Shown piece by piece: positions 1 through 11,900 of a DNA stretch of 64,000 nt (within the stretch, counting starts at the first letter, position 1; each line of letters starts with the position of its first letter). The stretch lies in NCBI GenBank assembly GCA_030390025.1, contig CM059432.1:44456001-44520000 (forward strand). Reading direction: 5' to 3'. The notes under the pieces are model-generated. The model saw nothing but the letters and a program-made list of their open reading frames with translations, ran no database searches and was not told where the DNA came from. Both the position numbers and the translations under genes were made by a program. This stretch comes from Squalus acanthias. Taxonomy: Eukaryota.

Positions 1-2923
1 TTTACATACAAGTCAGGTGACAATTTTGTACTAAATTAATTTTGTGTAATACATGGTGGGACTGAATATCCATTGGGTATCAATCCTGGCATAACTGCCA
101 GGATCCACCTGCTGGGACCTGTCATCACTAACCCTAGACGATGGGTATTATTTACGCTGGCTGGCAGCTGCCTCATCTCACCCGATATACTGGCAGCTCG
201 GCGGATTCCAGGTTGGGGCCAAGGTAACTCCTGGCTTGGGAGTCCCATCCGCCTGGCCATGCTTCTTCCAATGCAGGGGACCATGTTTGGGGCAGACAAA
301 GGTTCTGCCACAAGCAAGATCCGTGGAAAATAGCAGCCAGTCTATCTGAATTTCAGCCGAATTCACAAGACTTCTACCACACTCCTACCTGAGTTATGGC
401 GAGAATGCACTAGAAGGCCCGTGGATTTTCAGGGGTCCACGCACCAGGAATATGTGATCAATATGATAGTACTAAGAGCTGTGATGAAAGACATTGCAGA
501 AATTTTGAAATAAAAAGAAGAAACACAAATGCTGAGGGTGCAGTAATAGGATCAGCCTTTATTAGCCAGGGATTAAAGCCTGAAACATAGGCTGGAAATT
601 TCTTTGGATTCATTTCCGCTCCGCAACTGTAACTTGTCTGGAAGTGTGGCAGCACGTTACCCCTACACTTGCAGTGAAGGCACAGCGGCAGAGCAGAAGC
701 AGCTCCTAGGAAATTCCTGGCCATAGTTTCTCCACAAAACCTGTGGCTGAGCATGGGAGATCTTCAGAAAGAATAATGGAGGTCCAGAACCATCACATAG
801 TATCGCTAATGCTGACAGCCTGGTAAAATAAAGATAGCCTTAGGCCCACTGCCTGTCCTGGTGCAAAGGGGAATGCCAATAAACAAGAACAGATACAGAA
901 CCTAGCAAGAGAATGGTGTCACCATGATAGGCCAACTCCTCCACAAGGGACAGAACAGTTGACTAATAAAATCCACCTTATGCAGTCAGTCTTACTCTAT
1001 ATACAGTACCTCCAAATAAAGAAATTCTCTCAAAACAACCCAGCAAAACTCCAGTGTAAATTACGGCCCAGAATATTACCTGTAAAATCTCCCACACACG
1101 TGTCTCCGCCCTATATGTGTCGTTTACTTTCTTGGCAGCAGCTGATTTAGAGAAGGCCACTGATTAAGGCATTGGCTACCAGATAATAGAGAAGGAATGG
1201 GGACATGTATGGAGGCAAATGCTCAAAGCATCCACATACAACAGAATACAAAGAGGTAAAATCACCTAAATGCACCATACACTGATGCCACAAATCTGTT
1301 TGTACTCGCTCCCGGCAGAGGAATGTTGTAAGAGCTACGGCAAAAAAGACATTTACACAAGAGACATTGGTCCAGAATTTGCGGTGGGTAATGAAGGTGA
1401 ACTGTCAACATTCGCTGTCATTACCCCTCTGAAATTGACCGCAACTTCAGGATTTAGCTATTACTGTCATTTTTTACTTTAATGTCACAAAGGTTTACAG
1501 CAAAAGAGGTAATTCAGCCCATATCGTAGGGTGCGGTAGCATAGTGGTTATGCTACTCGACTAGCAATCCAGAGGCTTGAACTAATAATCTGGATACATG
1601 AGTTCAAATCCGACCATGGCAGTTTTTGAATTTGAATCCAGTTAATTAAATAAATCTGGAATAGTCAATAATGGTGACCATGAAGCTATTGAATTGTCGT
1701 AAAAGTCGTATTGGTAGCAGTGACCAACGCACAATCATTGTGGAGACGAATTCCCATCTTCACACTGAGGACACCCTCCATCGTGCTGTGTGGCACTACC
1801 ACCGTGCTAAATGGGATAGATTCAGAACAATCTAGCAGCTCAAAACTGGGCATCCATGAGGCGCTGTGGGCCATCAGCAGCAGCAGAATTGTATTCCACC
1901 ACAATCTGTAACCTCATGGCCCGGCATATCCCTCACTCTACCATTACCATCAAGCCAGGGGACCAATGCTAGTTCAATAAGGAGTGTAGAAGAGCATGCC
2001 AGGAGCAGCACCAGGCGTACCTAAAAATGAGTTGCCAACCTGGGGAAGCTGCAACACAGGACTACATGGATGCTAAACAGCGGAATCAACATGCTATAGA
2101 CAGAGCTAAGTGAACCCACAATCAACAGATCAGATCAAAGCTCTGCAGTCCTAACACATCCAGTCGTGAATGGTGGTGGACCATTAAACAATTAACAGGA
2201 GGAGGAGGCTACATGAATATCCCCATCCTCAATGATGGTGGAGCCCAGCACGTGAGTGCAAAAGACAAGGCTGAAGCGTTTGCAACCATCGTCAGCCAAA
2301 AGTGCCAAGTGGATGATCCATATCAGCCTCCTCATGAGGTCACCACCATCACAGAAACCAGTCTTCAGTCAACTTGATTCACTCCACGTGATATCAAGAA
2401 ACGGCTGAGCGCACTGAATAACAACAACAACAACTTGTATTTATATAGCGCCTTTAACGTAGTAAAACATCCCAAGGTGCTGCACAGGAGTATTACAAGA
2501 CAAAAAAAATTGACACTGAGCCACATAAGAAGAAATTAGGGCGGGTGGTCAAAGAGATAGGCTTTAAGGAGCGTCTTAAAGGAGGAAAGAGAGGTAGAGA
2601 GGTAGAGAGGTTTAGGCAGGGAATTCCAGAGCTTAGGGTCTAGGCAACAGAAGGCACGGCCACCAATGGTTGAGCGATTATAATCAGGGATGCACAAGAG
2701 GGCAGAATTAGAGGAGTGCAGATATCTCGGGGGCTGAAGGAGAATACAGAGATAGGGAGGGGCGAAGCCATGGAGGGATTTAAAAACAAGGATGAGAATT
2801 TGAAATCGAGGCGCTGCTTAACCGGGAGCCAATGTAGGTCAGCGAGCACAGGGGTGATGGGCGAACGGGACTTGGTGCGAGTTAGGACACGGGCAGCCGA
2901 GTTTTGGATCACCTCAAGTTTAC

Positions 2924-4565
2924 TGTAAGAATAAAAATGTATGATTTGTCAAAATTATGATGTGTGATGGACTCGAGAATATTAATATAAGATGTATGTA
3001 ATAAAGATGAATTTAATGTGTATGGATCTCCCCTGGGTGGGCGGGGCTCAAGGCAACAGCGCGAACCTTAACAAAAGAAACCGGCGTAATAAGATAACCC
3101 CCACAGAGACAGCATGATTTTAAGGGTAAACAAACCCATCGAAAACCCATCGAAACTCACCATTGAAACTCAGAGCCATTAAAAGGTCTTAACAAAATGA
3201 TTAACTTAATCAAGAAATGGCACCAGCTGCCGCAGACAGACGCATGGGTGAGGAAAGCCAATCAAGAACTGCCATGAAACTAAGACCCAATCCTGGGGTT
3301 TTAACAATTTATACCAGAGACAATGGACTTTAAAAGATATAAAAGAAGGAACCCAAAGGTTCTTGCTCTCTCTCTTGATGACCATGTGGAAAAGCAGGAA
3401 GCCACGCTCTACAGACCAGACCAAGAAGCAAGGAAGAAGGCCACATCCATTGCTTGACTCAGAGGGAAGTTTAAGTCTGTTTAAATCTGTAACCCATTAC
3501 CTTACCTGTTGTAATCAAGTAGAGTCCATAGGATACCAGTAGACTGATTGTTTTGTCCAATAGGCTATGTGCATGTGTGTGTATTTAATAAACTTATTCC
3601 AAATTGTTTTAAAAGAATTGGGGGGAGAAATTCAGTATCGCCCCATTTGGGGCGCAATTATCGGCCGGGCGCAAAGATTAGCGCCTGGTGCTAATTATCG
3701 CCACCGACTGCAAACTTGACTTTTATCGCCCCTGGAGGTGATTGGAGTGCTAAATCAGGCGCTTCACACCTGTCTTAAGGCGCAAAGGCCGAGGAGCGAG
3801 GCGCTACCTCAGAGCGCTAGCGAAGCTCATGTAATGTCAGTCAGCAATGGAACACACATACAATGGCACGGGCCAGTTCTTAAAGGGGATGGTTAATCTT
3901 GCTTTCCATCCACATCCTGCTCATTGCAGCCTTGAATCTCGGCCTGGAGAGACCTGCACATCAAATCTGCTGGAAAGAACAATGGAGAGTACCAGGGAAA
4001 GAGCTCAGAGTGCAGCCCCCACAGTCTCTTCTAAATCGATACAAGGAATGGCAAATCAAAATGAACCTGCAAAGTGCTGCTCAGTACCCAAAACTCCTTC
4101 ACACAACGTTGAATCTCTCCAGAAGTCTCTCTCTCTCTCTCTCTCTCTCAGAATGCGTAGTTCAAAAATGGCACCAACAATAAAAGGCAGGAAGCGGTCA
4201 CCTTTAAATAGCGCTCCCCCTTTCCCTTCATGACTGGAGAACGCTCCCCTCAACCTGTCGTTGCTAGCATCAGGCGGTAAGGCAGGGGGTGCCACTCAAT
4301 ATCTGCTCCGGGGCGATACCGGGGCGTTGCGCACTCGACTGACGTCACGATCTGCCGGCGCAGGAGATCGTGGCGGTAGTGTTTAGCGCCGCCGCAAAAT
4401 GTCTAGTTAATTTCGCGAGCGGCGCAAACATCGCCGCGCCTGGGCGCTAGATGCTTTGCGCCCCATTAGCGCCCTCTTAAGGCGCTAACGGGAGGCGCAA
4501 CCAACTGAATTTTTCCCCCTTGGTCTTGCTGTCAATTTAATGCCAGTTGAAATAAAAAGATTACA
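2924..4565 (+). mobile_element. Solo LTR (interrupted by a Harbinger-type element)
   Basis: TGT...ACA termini and AATAAA near 3587. Flanks TTAC/ATAC look like a 4-bp TSD with one mismatch. The host L2 sequence resumes immediately after. Confidence 0.7.
3621..4519. mobile_element. Non-autonomous PIF/Harbinger-like DNA transposon
   Basis: TIRs GGGGGAGAAATTCAG / CTGAATTTTTCCCCC, 3-bp TSD TTG and CpG-rich subterminal regions. Related to the element at 48565-49332. Confidence 0.8.
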
Positions 4566-4957
4566 ATACATAGAGTAGTATGTGGGAGGCCAGCCAGGAG
4601 TGCATTGGAATAGTGAAGTCTAGAGGTAACAAATGCATGGATGAGGGTTTCAGCAGCGGATGAGCTGAGGCAAGGAATACAGCAAAGGCTGTGGGCCCTG
4701 ACAACATCCTGGCTGTCTTGCTGAGGACTTGTGCTCCAGAACTGGCCGCACCTCTAGCCAAGCTGTTCCAGTACAGCTATAACACTGGCATCTATCTGAC
4801 AATATGGAAAACTGCCCAGGTATGTCCTGTCCACAAAAAACAGGACAAATCCAATCCGGCCAATTACCGCCCTATCAGTCTACTCTCAATCATCAGGAAA
4901 GTGATGGAAGGTGTCATCGACAGTGCTATCAAGCAGCATTTACTCACCAATAGCTAA

Positions 4958-6411
4958 CAGCTAGGAGAACAGCTAACGTAGTACCATTGTTCAAGAAGGG
5001 TAGTATGGATAAACCAGGGAATTACAGGCCAGTGAGCCTAACATCAGTGGTAGGGAAATTATTGGAAAAAATTCTGAGGGACAGAATTAGTCTCCACTTG
5101 GAGAGGCAAGGATTAATCAAGAATAGTCAGCATAGCTTTGTCAGGGGGAGATCATGTCTAACCAATTTGATTGAATTTTTTGAGGGGGTGACTAGGTGTG
5201 TGGATGAGGGTAGTGCAGTTGATGTAGTCCACATGGACTTCAGTAAGGCTTTTGACACAGTCCCACATGGGAGACTGGTCAAGAAGGCAAGAGCCCATGG
5301 GATCCAGGGCAATTTGGCACATTGGATCCAAAATTGGCTTAGTGGCAGGAGGCAGAGGGTGATGGTCGAAGGTTGTTTTTGTGACTGGAAGACTGTGTCC
5401 AGTGGTGTACCGCAGGGATCGATGCTGGGTCCTTTGCTGTTTGTAGTGTATATTAATGATGTAGATATGAATGTAGGAGGTATGATCAGTAAGTTCGCAG
5501 ATGACACGAAAATTGGTGGAGTGGTAAATAGCGAGGAGGGAATCCTCCGGCTACAGGACGATATAGACGGGTTGGTTAGATGGGCAGAACAGCGGCAAAT
5601 GGAATTTAACCCTGAAAAGTGTGAGGTGATGCATTTTGGGAGGACAAACAAGGCAAGGGAATACACAATGAATGGTAGGACCCTAGGAAGGACAGAGGAT
5701 CAGAGGGACCTTGGTGTGCATGTACATAGATCCCTGAAGGCAGCAGGACAGGTAGATAAGGTGGTTAAAAAGGCATATGGGATACTTGCCTTCATTAGCT
5801 GAGACATAGAATATAAGAGCAGGGAGGTTATGATGGAGCGGTACAAAATGCTAGTTAGGACACAGCTGGAATACTGTGTGCATTTCTGGTCACCACACTA
5901 TAGGAGGGATGTGATTGCATTGGAGAGGGTGCAGAGGGGATTCACCAGGATGTTACCTGGGCTGGAGCGTTTCAGCTATGAAGAGAGACTGGACAGGCTG
6001 GGGTTGTTTTCCTCAGAACAGAGAAGGCTGAGGGGGGACCTGATTGAGGTGTACAAAATTATGAAGGGCATAGATAGGGTAGATAGAAAGGAACTTTTCC
6101 CCTTAGTAGAGGGGTCAATAACCAGGGGGCATAGTTTCAAGGTAAGGGGCAGGAGGTTTAGAGGGGATTTGAGGAAAAACATTTTCATCCAGAGGGTGGT
6201 TGGAATCTGGAACTCACTGCCTGAAAGGGTGGTAGAGGCAGGAACCATCACAACATTCAAGAAGCATTTAGATGAGCACTTGAAACGCCATAGCATACAA
6301 GGCTATGGACCAAGTGCTGAAAAATGGGATTAGAATAGACCGGGCTTGATGGCCGGCGCGGACACGATGGGCCGAAGGGCCTCTTTCTGTGCTGTTTAAT
6401 TCTATGACTCT
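4958..6411 (+). mobile_element. CR1 (HER1-like) LINE, 5'-truncated, RT domain with an in-frame stop
   Basis: ORFs 4987..5802 and 5830..6333 are in the same frame: [41 protein letters not shown]. 3' tail ttctatgactcta. Confidence 0.92.
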
Positions 6412-6451
6412 AAACCTGCTCACTGATGCCCAGTTTGGGTTCCGCCAGGGA

Positions 6452-6608
6452 TCTGTGTAGGCGCAGTCATTGAATATATTCAAGGTGGAGATTGACAGAC
6501 ATTTGACCTACAAAGGAGTCAAGGGGTATGGGGAGAGAGCGGGAAAGTGGTGTTGAGGGCAAGATTGGATCAGCCTCCTCCTGCTCCTGTTTCTTACGTT
6601 CTTATGTT
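6452..6608 (+). mobile_element. CR1 3'-end fragment
   Basis: ggcgcagtcattgaatatattcaagg...cctgctcctgtttcttacgttcttatgtt. The tail matches the other CR1 3' ends in the window. Confidence 0.7.
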
Positions 6609-7964
6609 CACTCAGCTCCCGACCTAATTACAGCCTTGGTCCAAACAAGGACAAAATAGTTGAATTCCAGAGATGAGTGACTGCCCTCGACATCAAGGCA
6701 GCATTTGACCGAGTGTGGCATCAAGAAGCCCTAATAAAACTGAAGTCAATGGGAATTGGGGGGGGGGTGGTGGAAAACTCTCCAATGGCTGGAGTCATAC
6801 CTAGCACAAAGGAAGATGGTTGTGGTTGTTGGAGGTCAAGCATCACAGCCCCAGGACATCACTGCAAGAGTTCCTCAGAGCAGTGTCCTAGGCTCAACCA
6901 TCTTCAGCTGCTTCATCAATGACCTTCCCTCCATCATAAGGTCAGAAGTGGGGTTGTTCGCTGATGACTGCACAGTGTTCAGTGCCATTCGCAACTCCTC
7001 AGTTTAAAAAAAGGAGTCCATGCCCGCATTCAGCAATACCTGGATGATATTTAGGCTTGGGTTGATAAGTGGCAGGTAACATTTGCGCCACAAGTGCCAG
7101 GCAATGACTATCTCCAACAAGCGAGTGTCTAGCCACCGCCCCTTGACATTCAACGGCATTACCATCCTGGGGGGTCACCATTGACCAGAAACTTAACTGG
7201 ACCAGTCGCAAATACTGTGGCAACAAGAGCAGGTCAAAGGCTGGGTATTCTGTAGCAAGTGTCTCACCACCTGACTCCCCAAAGCCTTTCCACCATCTAC
7301 AAGGCACAAGTCAGGAGTGTGATGGAATACTCTCCACTTGCCTGGATGAGTGCAGCTCCAACAACACTCGAAGCTCGACACCATCCAAGATCAAAGCAGG
7401 CCGCTTGATTGACACCCCATCCACTACCTTAAACATTAACTCCCTCCACCATCGGTGTACTGTGGCTGCAGTGTGTACCATCTGCAAGATGCACTGCAGC
7501 AACTCGCCAAGGCTTCTTTGGCAGCACCTCCCAAGCCTGCGACCTCTTCCACCTAGAAGGACACGGGCAGCAGGCTTATGGGAACACCACCACCTCCAAG
7601 TCACACACCATCCTGACTTAGAAGTATATCGCCGATCCTTCATCGTTGCTGAGTCAAAATCCTGGAACTCTGTTTGTAACAGCACTGTGGGAGTACCATC
7701 ACCACATGGACTGCAGCAGTTCAAGAAGGCAGCTCACCACCAACTTTCTCAAAGGCAACTAGGGATGGGCAATAAATGCTGGCCTTGCCAGCAATGCCCA
7801 CATCCCATGAACGAATAAATAAATAAAAAGCCCAACTGGTTCACTAATGTCCCTTAGGGAAAGAAACCTGCTGACTCCAGACCTATCGCAATGTGGTTGA
7901 CTCTTAACTGCCCTCTGAAATGGCCTAGTAAGCCCCACAGTAGTATCAAACCTCTACAAAAAAG

Positions 7965-8817
7965 ACCTCAACAACATCCAGATTTGGGCTAATAAGTGGC
8001 AAGTAACATTCCTGCCACACAAGTGTCAGGCAATGATTATCTCCAACAAAAGAGAGTCTAACCACTGCCCCTTGACATTCAATGGCATTACCATCACCAA
8101 ATCCCCACCATAAACATCCTGGGGGTTACCAATGACCAGAAACTTAACTAACCACATAAATATTGTGGCTACAAGAGCAGGTCAGAGACTGGGTATTCTG
8201 CAGCGAGTGTCGCACATCCTGTCTCCCCAAAGCCTTTCCACCATCTACAAAGCACAGGTCAGGAGTGTGATGGAATACTCTCCAGTTGCCTGGATGAGTG
8301 TAGCTCCAACAATACTCAGGAAGCTCAACACCATCCAATCCGTTTGATTGACATCCCATCTACTACCTTAAACATTCACTCCCTCCACCACCAGTGCAAC
8401 GTGGCTGCAGTGATATTTACAAGATGCACTGCAGCAACTCGCCAAGGCTTCTTCGGCAGCACCTCCCAAACCCACGACCTCTACCATCTTGAAGGACAAG
8501 GGCAGCAGGCACATGGGAACACCACCACCTCCAGGTTCCCCTCCAAGTCACACACAATCCTGACTTGGAAATATATTGCCTTTCCTTCATCATCGCTGGG
8601 TCAAAATTCTAGAACTCTACTGAAGATACTCACTTTTTAGTGCAATTTTAAAAAATATCTCTTTACATCACAATGAGCACTTTGGGAGTACCTTCACCAC
8701 ATGGACAGCAGTGGTTGAAGAAGGTGGCTCACCGCCAGTTTCTCAAGGGCAGTTAGGATGGGCAATAAATGCTGGCCTTGGCAGTGATGCCCACAACCAG
8801 CGAATGAATAAATAAAG
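7965..8817 (+). mobile_element. Second 3' fragment of the same LINE family as 1705-7828
   Basis: Collinear with ~7035-7825 (IYKAQVRSVMEYSP) and has the same (AATA)n tail. Confidence 0.8.
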
Positions 8818-11135
8818 TCATGTTCATGCTGGCCTCATACAATGGTCACTGCCTCAGCAACTCCCTATGGCAAAATATTCTATGCTTCAACTTGAGTAAA
8901 GACTTTTCTCCAAACCTCGCTCCTCCCTCTCAGGTTGGGATTTTCCTTGGAGCTGCTGTTACTCCACTGTTGTAACTTTGCCTGAAGTACAGTAGAAACC
9001 CTATTTATTCACGTAAGTGGGGTTTCCACTGCTCTTCTGGTAGGCTGGGAGCTGGTCTGAAGAATTCCCTGCCTTAGTGACAATTTTAAACTGATAACCC
9101 TTCAACCAAAGGAAATAGTATTCCTTGTTCAGCATATTAAAAGGCCTTCATAATTTAAAAATCTCTACTAAATCTCCTCTTAGCCTTCTCTGCTCCAGTG
9201 GAAGTAGTCCTAGTATCTGAAGTCTCTCCTCATAATTAGTTTCCTATTTATGATATCATTCTGGTGAAACTACCTGTATGCGCTCTATGGCTTTAATCAC
9301 CTTTCTATAATGAGGTTCCCAAAACTGCACACAATAATTCAATGTGGCCTAACCAAAGCTTTGTATACATTTATCGTTACTTCTTTACCCTTGTGATGTG
9401 TGGCCCTTTTCATCAAACCCGAAATGCTTTGTATCATTAATGATTACACACTTTAATGCCAATTTGGCTGCAGACTTTGATTAGCGTATTCAAAGCTGTT
9501 TCAGTCGGGTGACCCAGGCACGCGGAACTCGCAGCTGACAATTTGGCAGCTGGTGCACTTCTGGGGGGTGGGGTGGAATCGGGCATGGAAAATTGCGTCC
9601 TGAAATTGGTTCCCCCAGCGTGAATTTTGCACCCAAAAGATGGGCTCGACGGGGACCAATATCTCCCCCATTTATAGAGTATTTTCATCTCTGGGAAGGA
9701 ACGTACAGTTTACAAGTCCAAACACTGTTTTTTTTCACTGATTATCCTTAGCATAGGTGAAACCATTCTGTAACTTTCAGATTAATGGAGTTGGTAGCCC
9801 TGAAAATCTGATGCCGGTGAACTTTAAAAAGTACCATCTCTCCTGCATTATACAGACAGCATCTCCCTTAATTCATATAATTATGACAAATATAGCGTTC
9901 TTGTATATTCATTATATCTTTACACTCCACCAACTATGCAATTAGAATCAGTAATAGATTGAATTGCTACATTTCACAACCATATAATTTTATAGATAAG
10001 GTATTACAGAATTTTAAGCCCCAGTGGCTTGCTCTTAGAAAATCCAATTTCAGCTAGGAGCTCGGCCCTTTGGCAGCATGAGTCATCTGAGAAGCTTTCA
10101 TCTTCTATCAAAAAGGAACTATGCATGATCAAAATGCCACTCTCTTTATTCCACAGTCATGCACCCTGAGCTATGTTGAGCAGCCGTTTCAAAAGATGAC
10201 ACCAACCATCACCTGATCCAAATAGCACTGCAATAACAAGCTGTCTGAAGCTGGTTGATGACATTGACTTTCATTGTTTTATTACATGGTTGTGAGTGAA
10301 CTCGTAGCCTTTGGCAGTATTCAGAAAGGAAAGGCCAGTGAACATCAATTCCCTTTGCAGCCTAAACTCGGTTTGCCAGCACATTGAATCCTAGCTGTTG
10401 AAGTCTCTGCAGAGATATTTATTTTTATTTTGCTTCATTTTTGTCACTAGTGTTGCATTTGTAATGTACTCGTAGTTAATGCTTGCAGTCAAGTAACATT
10501 TCTTTTTCTGTTATTTAGGACAAGACTGCTCTGCATCATCCAGTTTTCAGCATGCTTTTATCTTACAGCTAAAAAGCTCATTGACAAGTATTTGAAGCAG
10601 AAGAAAATCTTTAAAACACATATATACAATCATAATTTAGACATCTGGGGCAGAAATGGGCTCATGAGCCTCATTTCAACATTGAAATGAGGCCTGCGTT
10701 CATTTCAGGCTGCTGCCAGGGCCACCTAAAAAAAAAATAGCCCTAACCAATTTAGCGCTGACCCGAATGCCTATGAGATTGGGTGCGGTCCTCTGCCCTG
10801 CTAAATCGCTTATTGTTGTGTCTGTTTCACAACTGACGATGTTGAATTTTGAGCCCACTGTATTATTAATATAGATCTTCAGTTAGCGAGAAGTATGTTC
10901 AATTGCATGACTCCTGACTCAGCACCCTCATGTAAAAATTGTGATCAGTGTTTAAAATGCTAGTAGCCAATGAATTTTTGATATAAATAAGAAAACTAAA
11001 ATCATAAGGGGCAATTGTGCGAAGCTCCACTTTTATGCAGAGTCACACTAACAATGCATAGAAGTGTTAAAATCAGGTCTATGCAGCTGAGGTGTTGTGG
11101 GCTACATTTTATAGGTTATAATGATGAGGAGCAGG

Positions 11136-11323
11136 AGTTTGAAAGTTCCTCATCATTATAACCTACAAAATTACCTAGACATGGGTATGTTCTGTAATAT
11201 ATATATTCCTGAATTCATGTGTTGCACTCAAATCTCACTGCAACACTTTGAGCTAGCATTCTTGGCAAAGAGGAGCCTAACATTAGGGATTCATTGTATG
11301 ATAGGACATTTCCTAAAGGGCAA
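11136..11323 (+). repeat. Copy 1 of a ~180-bp dispersed direct repeat (copy 2 at ~39514-39691)
   Basis: Shared blocks such as gttcctcatcat, attacctag, atgggtatgt, ttcatgtgttgcactcaaatctcact, caacactttgagcta and ttagggattcattg. Confidence 0.9.
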
Positions 11324-11723
11324 AGAATTTGGGAACTTTCCAGAGCTGCATTGTTGGTAAGCACACAGATTTATACCATCTGCCATGGAGCGACCTGCAG
11401 ATAACATCCAGATAGCATAGCAGTGAATGTTAACACAGTACAAAGCTTTTCTTCTATCACATCATTCCCAGTCACCACAGGTGACATCTGTTAGATCAGC
11501 CAGTCTGCAGCGCATGCATGTTTAAAGCTAATGACAGACGCAATGTTTGCAATGAACAATGCCTGCATAACTTTTCGTATGAAATAAAGGTGTTAACTCA
11601 ACAGGGCATGGAACTTTCACCAGGTGGCTGGGTTCCCAAGAGACCAGGGATGGCACCTATGAGGGTATCAGGGCTTCTCAGATCAACTTCATGGGGTTTA
11701 ATTCAATACATTTTCAGATCTAA

Positions 11724-11900
11724 AGAAGAGGGAAAGGTGGGGGGGGGGGGGAGAGGGGTGGAAGGATAGGAGATTGGAGAATGTGGATGGGGAATGGGTA
11801 GGAAAAGAGGGGAAGGGAAGTGAGGAGGGGAGAAAGAGAAAGGGATTGAGAATGAGGAGGTGGACAGGGAGGAGGAGGGGTGGAGGAGAGGGGAAACAGG
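11724..11900 (+). repeat. Polypurine (G/A-rich) low-complexity tract
   Basis: Almost only G and A, with many GGG runs. Confidence 0.8.

Larger units (their letters stand above)
2421..4674 (-). mobile_element. L2-clade LINE 3' fragment, interrupted by an LTR
   Basis: ORF 2640..2912 IQNSAARVLTRTK...ITPVLADLHWLPVKQRLDFK is a typical L2 ORF2 C-terminus. (GTT)n tail at 2421-2434. GAATA is duplicated at 2416-2420 and 4675-4679. Confidence 0.8.
1705..7828 (+). mobile_element. Degenerate non-LTR retrotransposon (CR1/L2 group), fragmented by later insertions. Pieces at ~1705-2420, 4675-4953, 6412-6451, 6609-7828
   Basis: RT motifs in broken frames: KLFQYSYNTG..NYRPISLLS (4691..4957), ALDIKAAFDRVWH (6677), VPQSSVLG..FINDL..LFADDC (6756..7007). 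3' end gggcaataaatgctggcc...(AATA)n. Confidence 0.85.
1528..7955 (+). mobile_element. tRNA-headed SINE split in two (about 1528-1704 and 7829-7955) by a LINE insertion
   Basis: A-box-like GGTAGCATAGTGG and B-box-like GAGTTCAAATCC at the 5' end. The sequence breaks at ...gtcgtaaaa and resumes at aaaagcccaactggttcactaatgtcc after the LINE tail. Confidence 0.65.

Noticed and set aside
3847..4233. 128-aa ORF and similar short ORFs across non-satellite regions
   Set aside because: They lie inside non-autonomous transposons or are antisense to LINE ORFs, with no recognisable domain or splice context.
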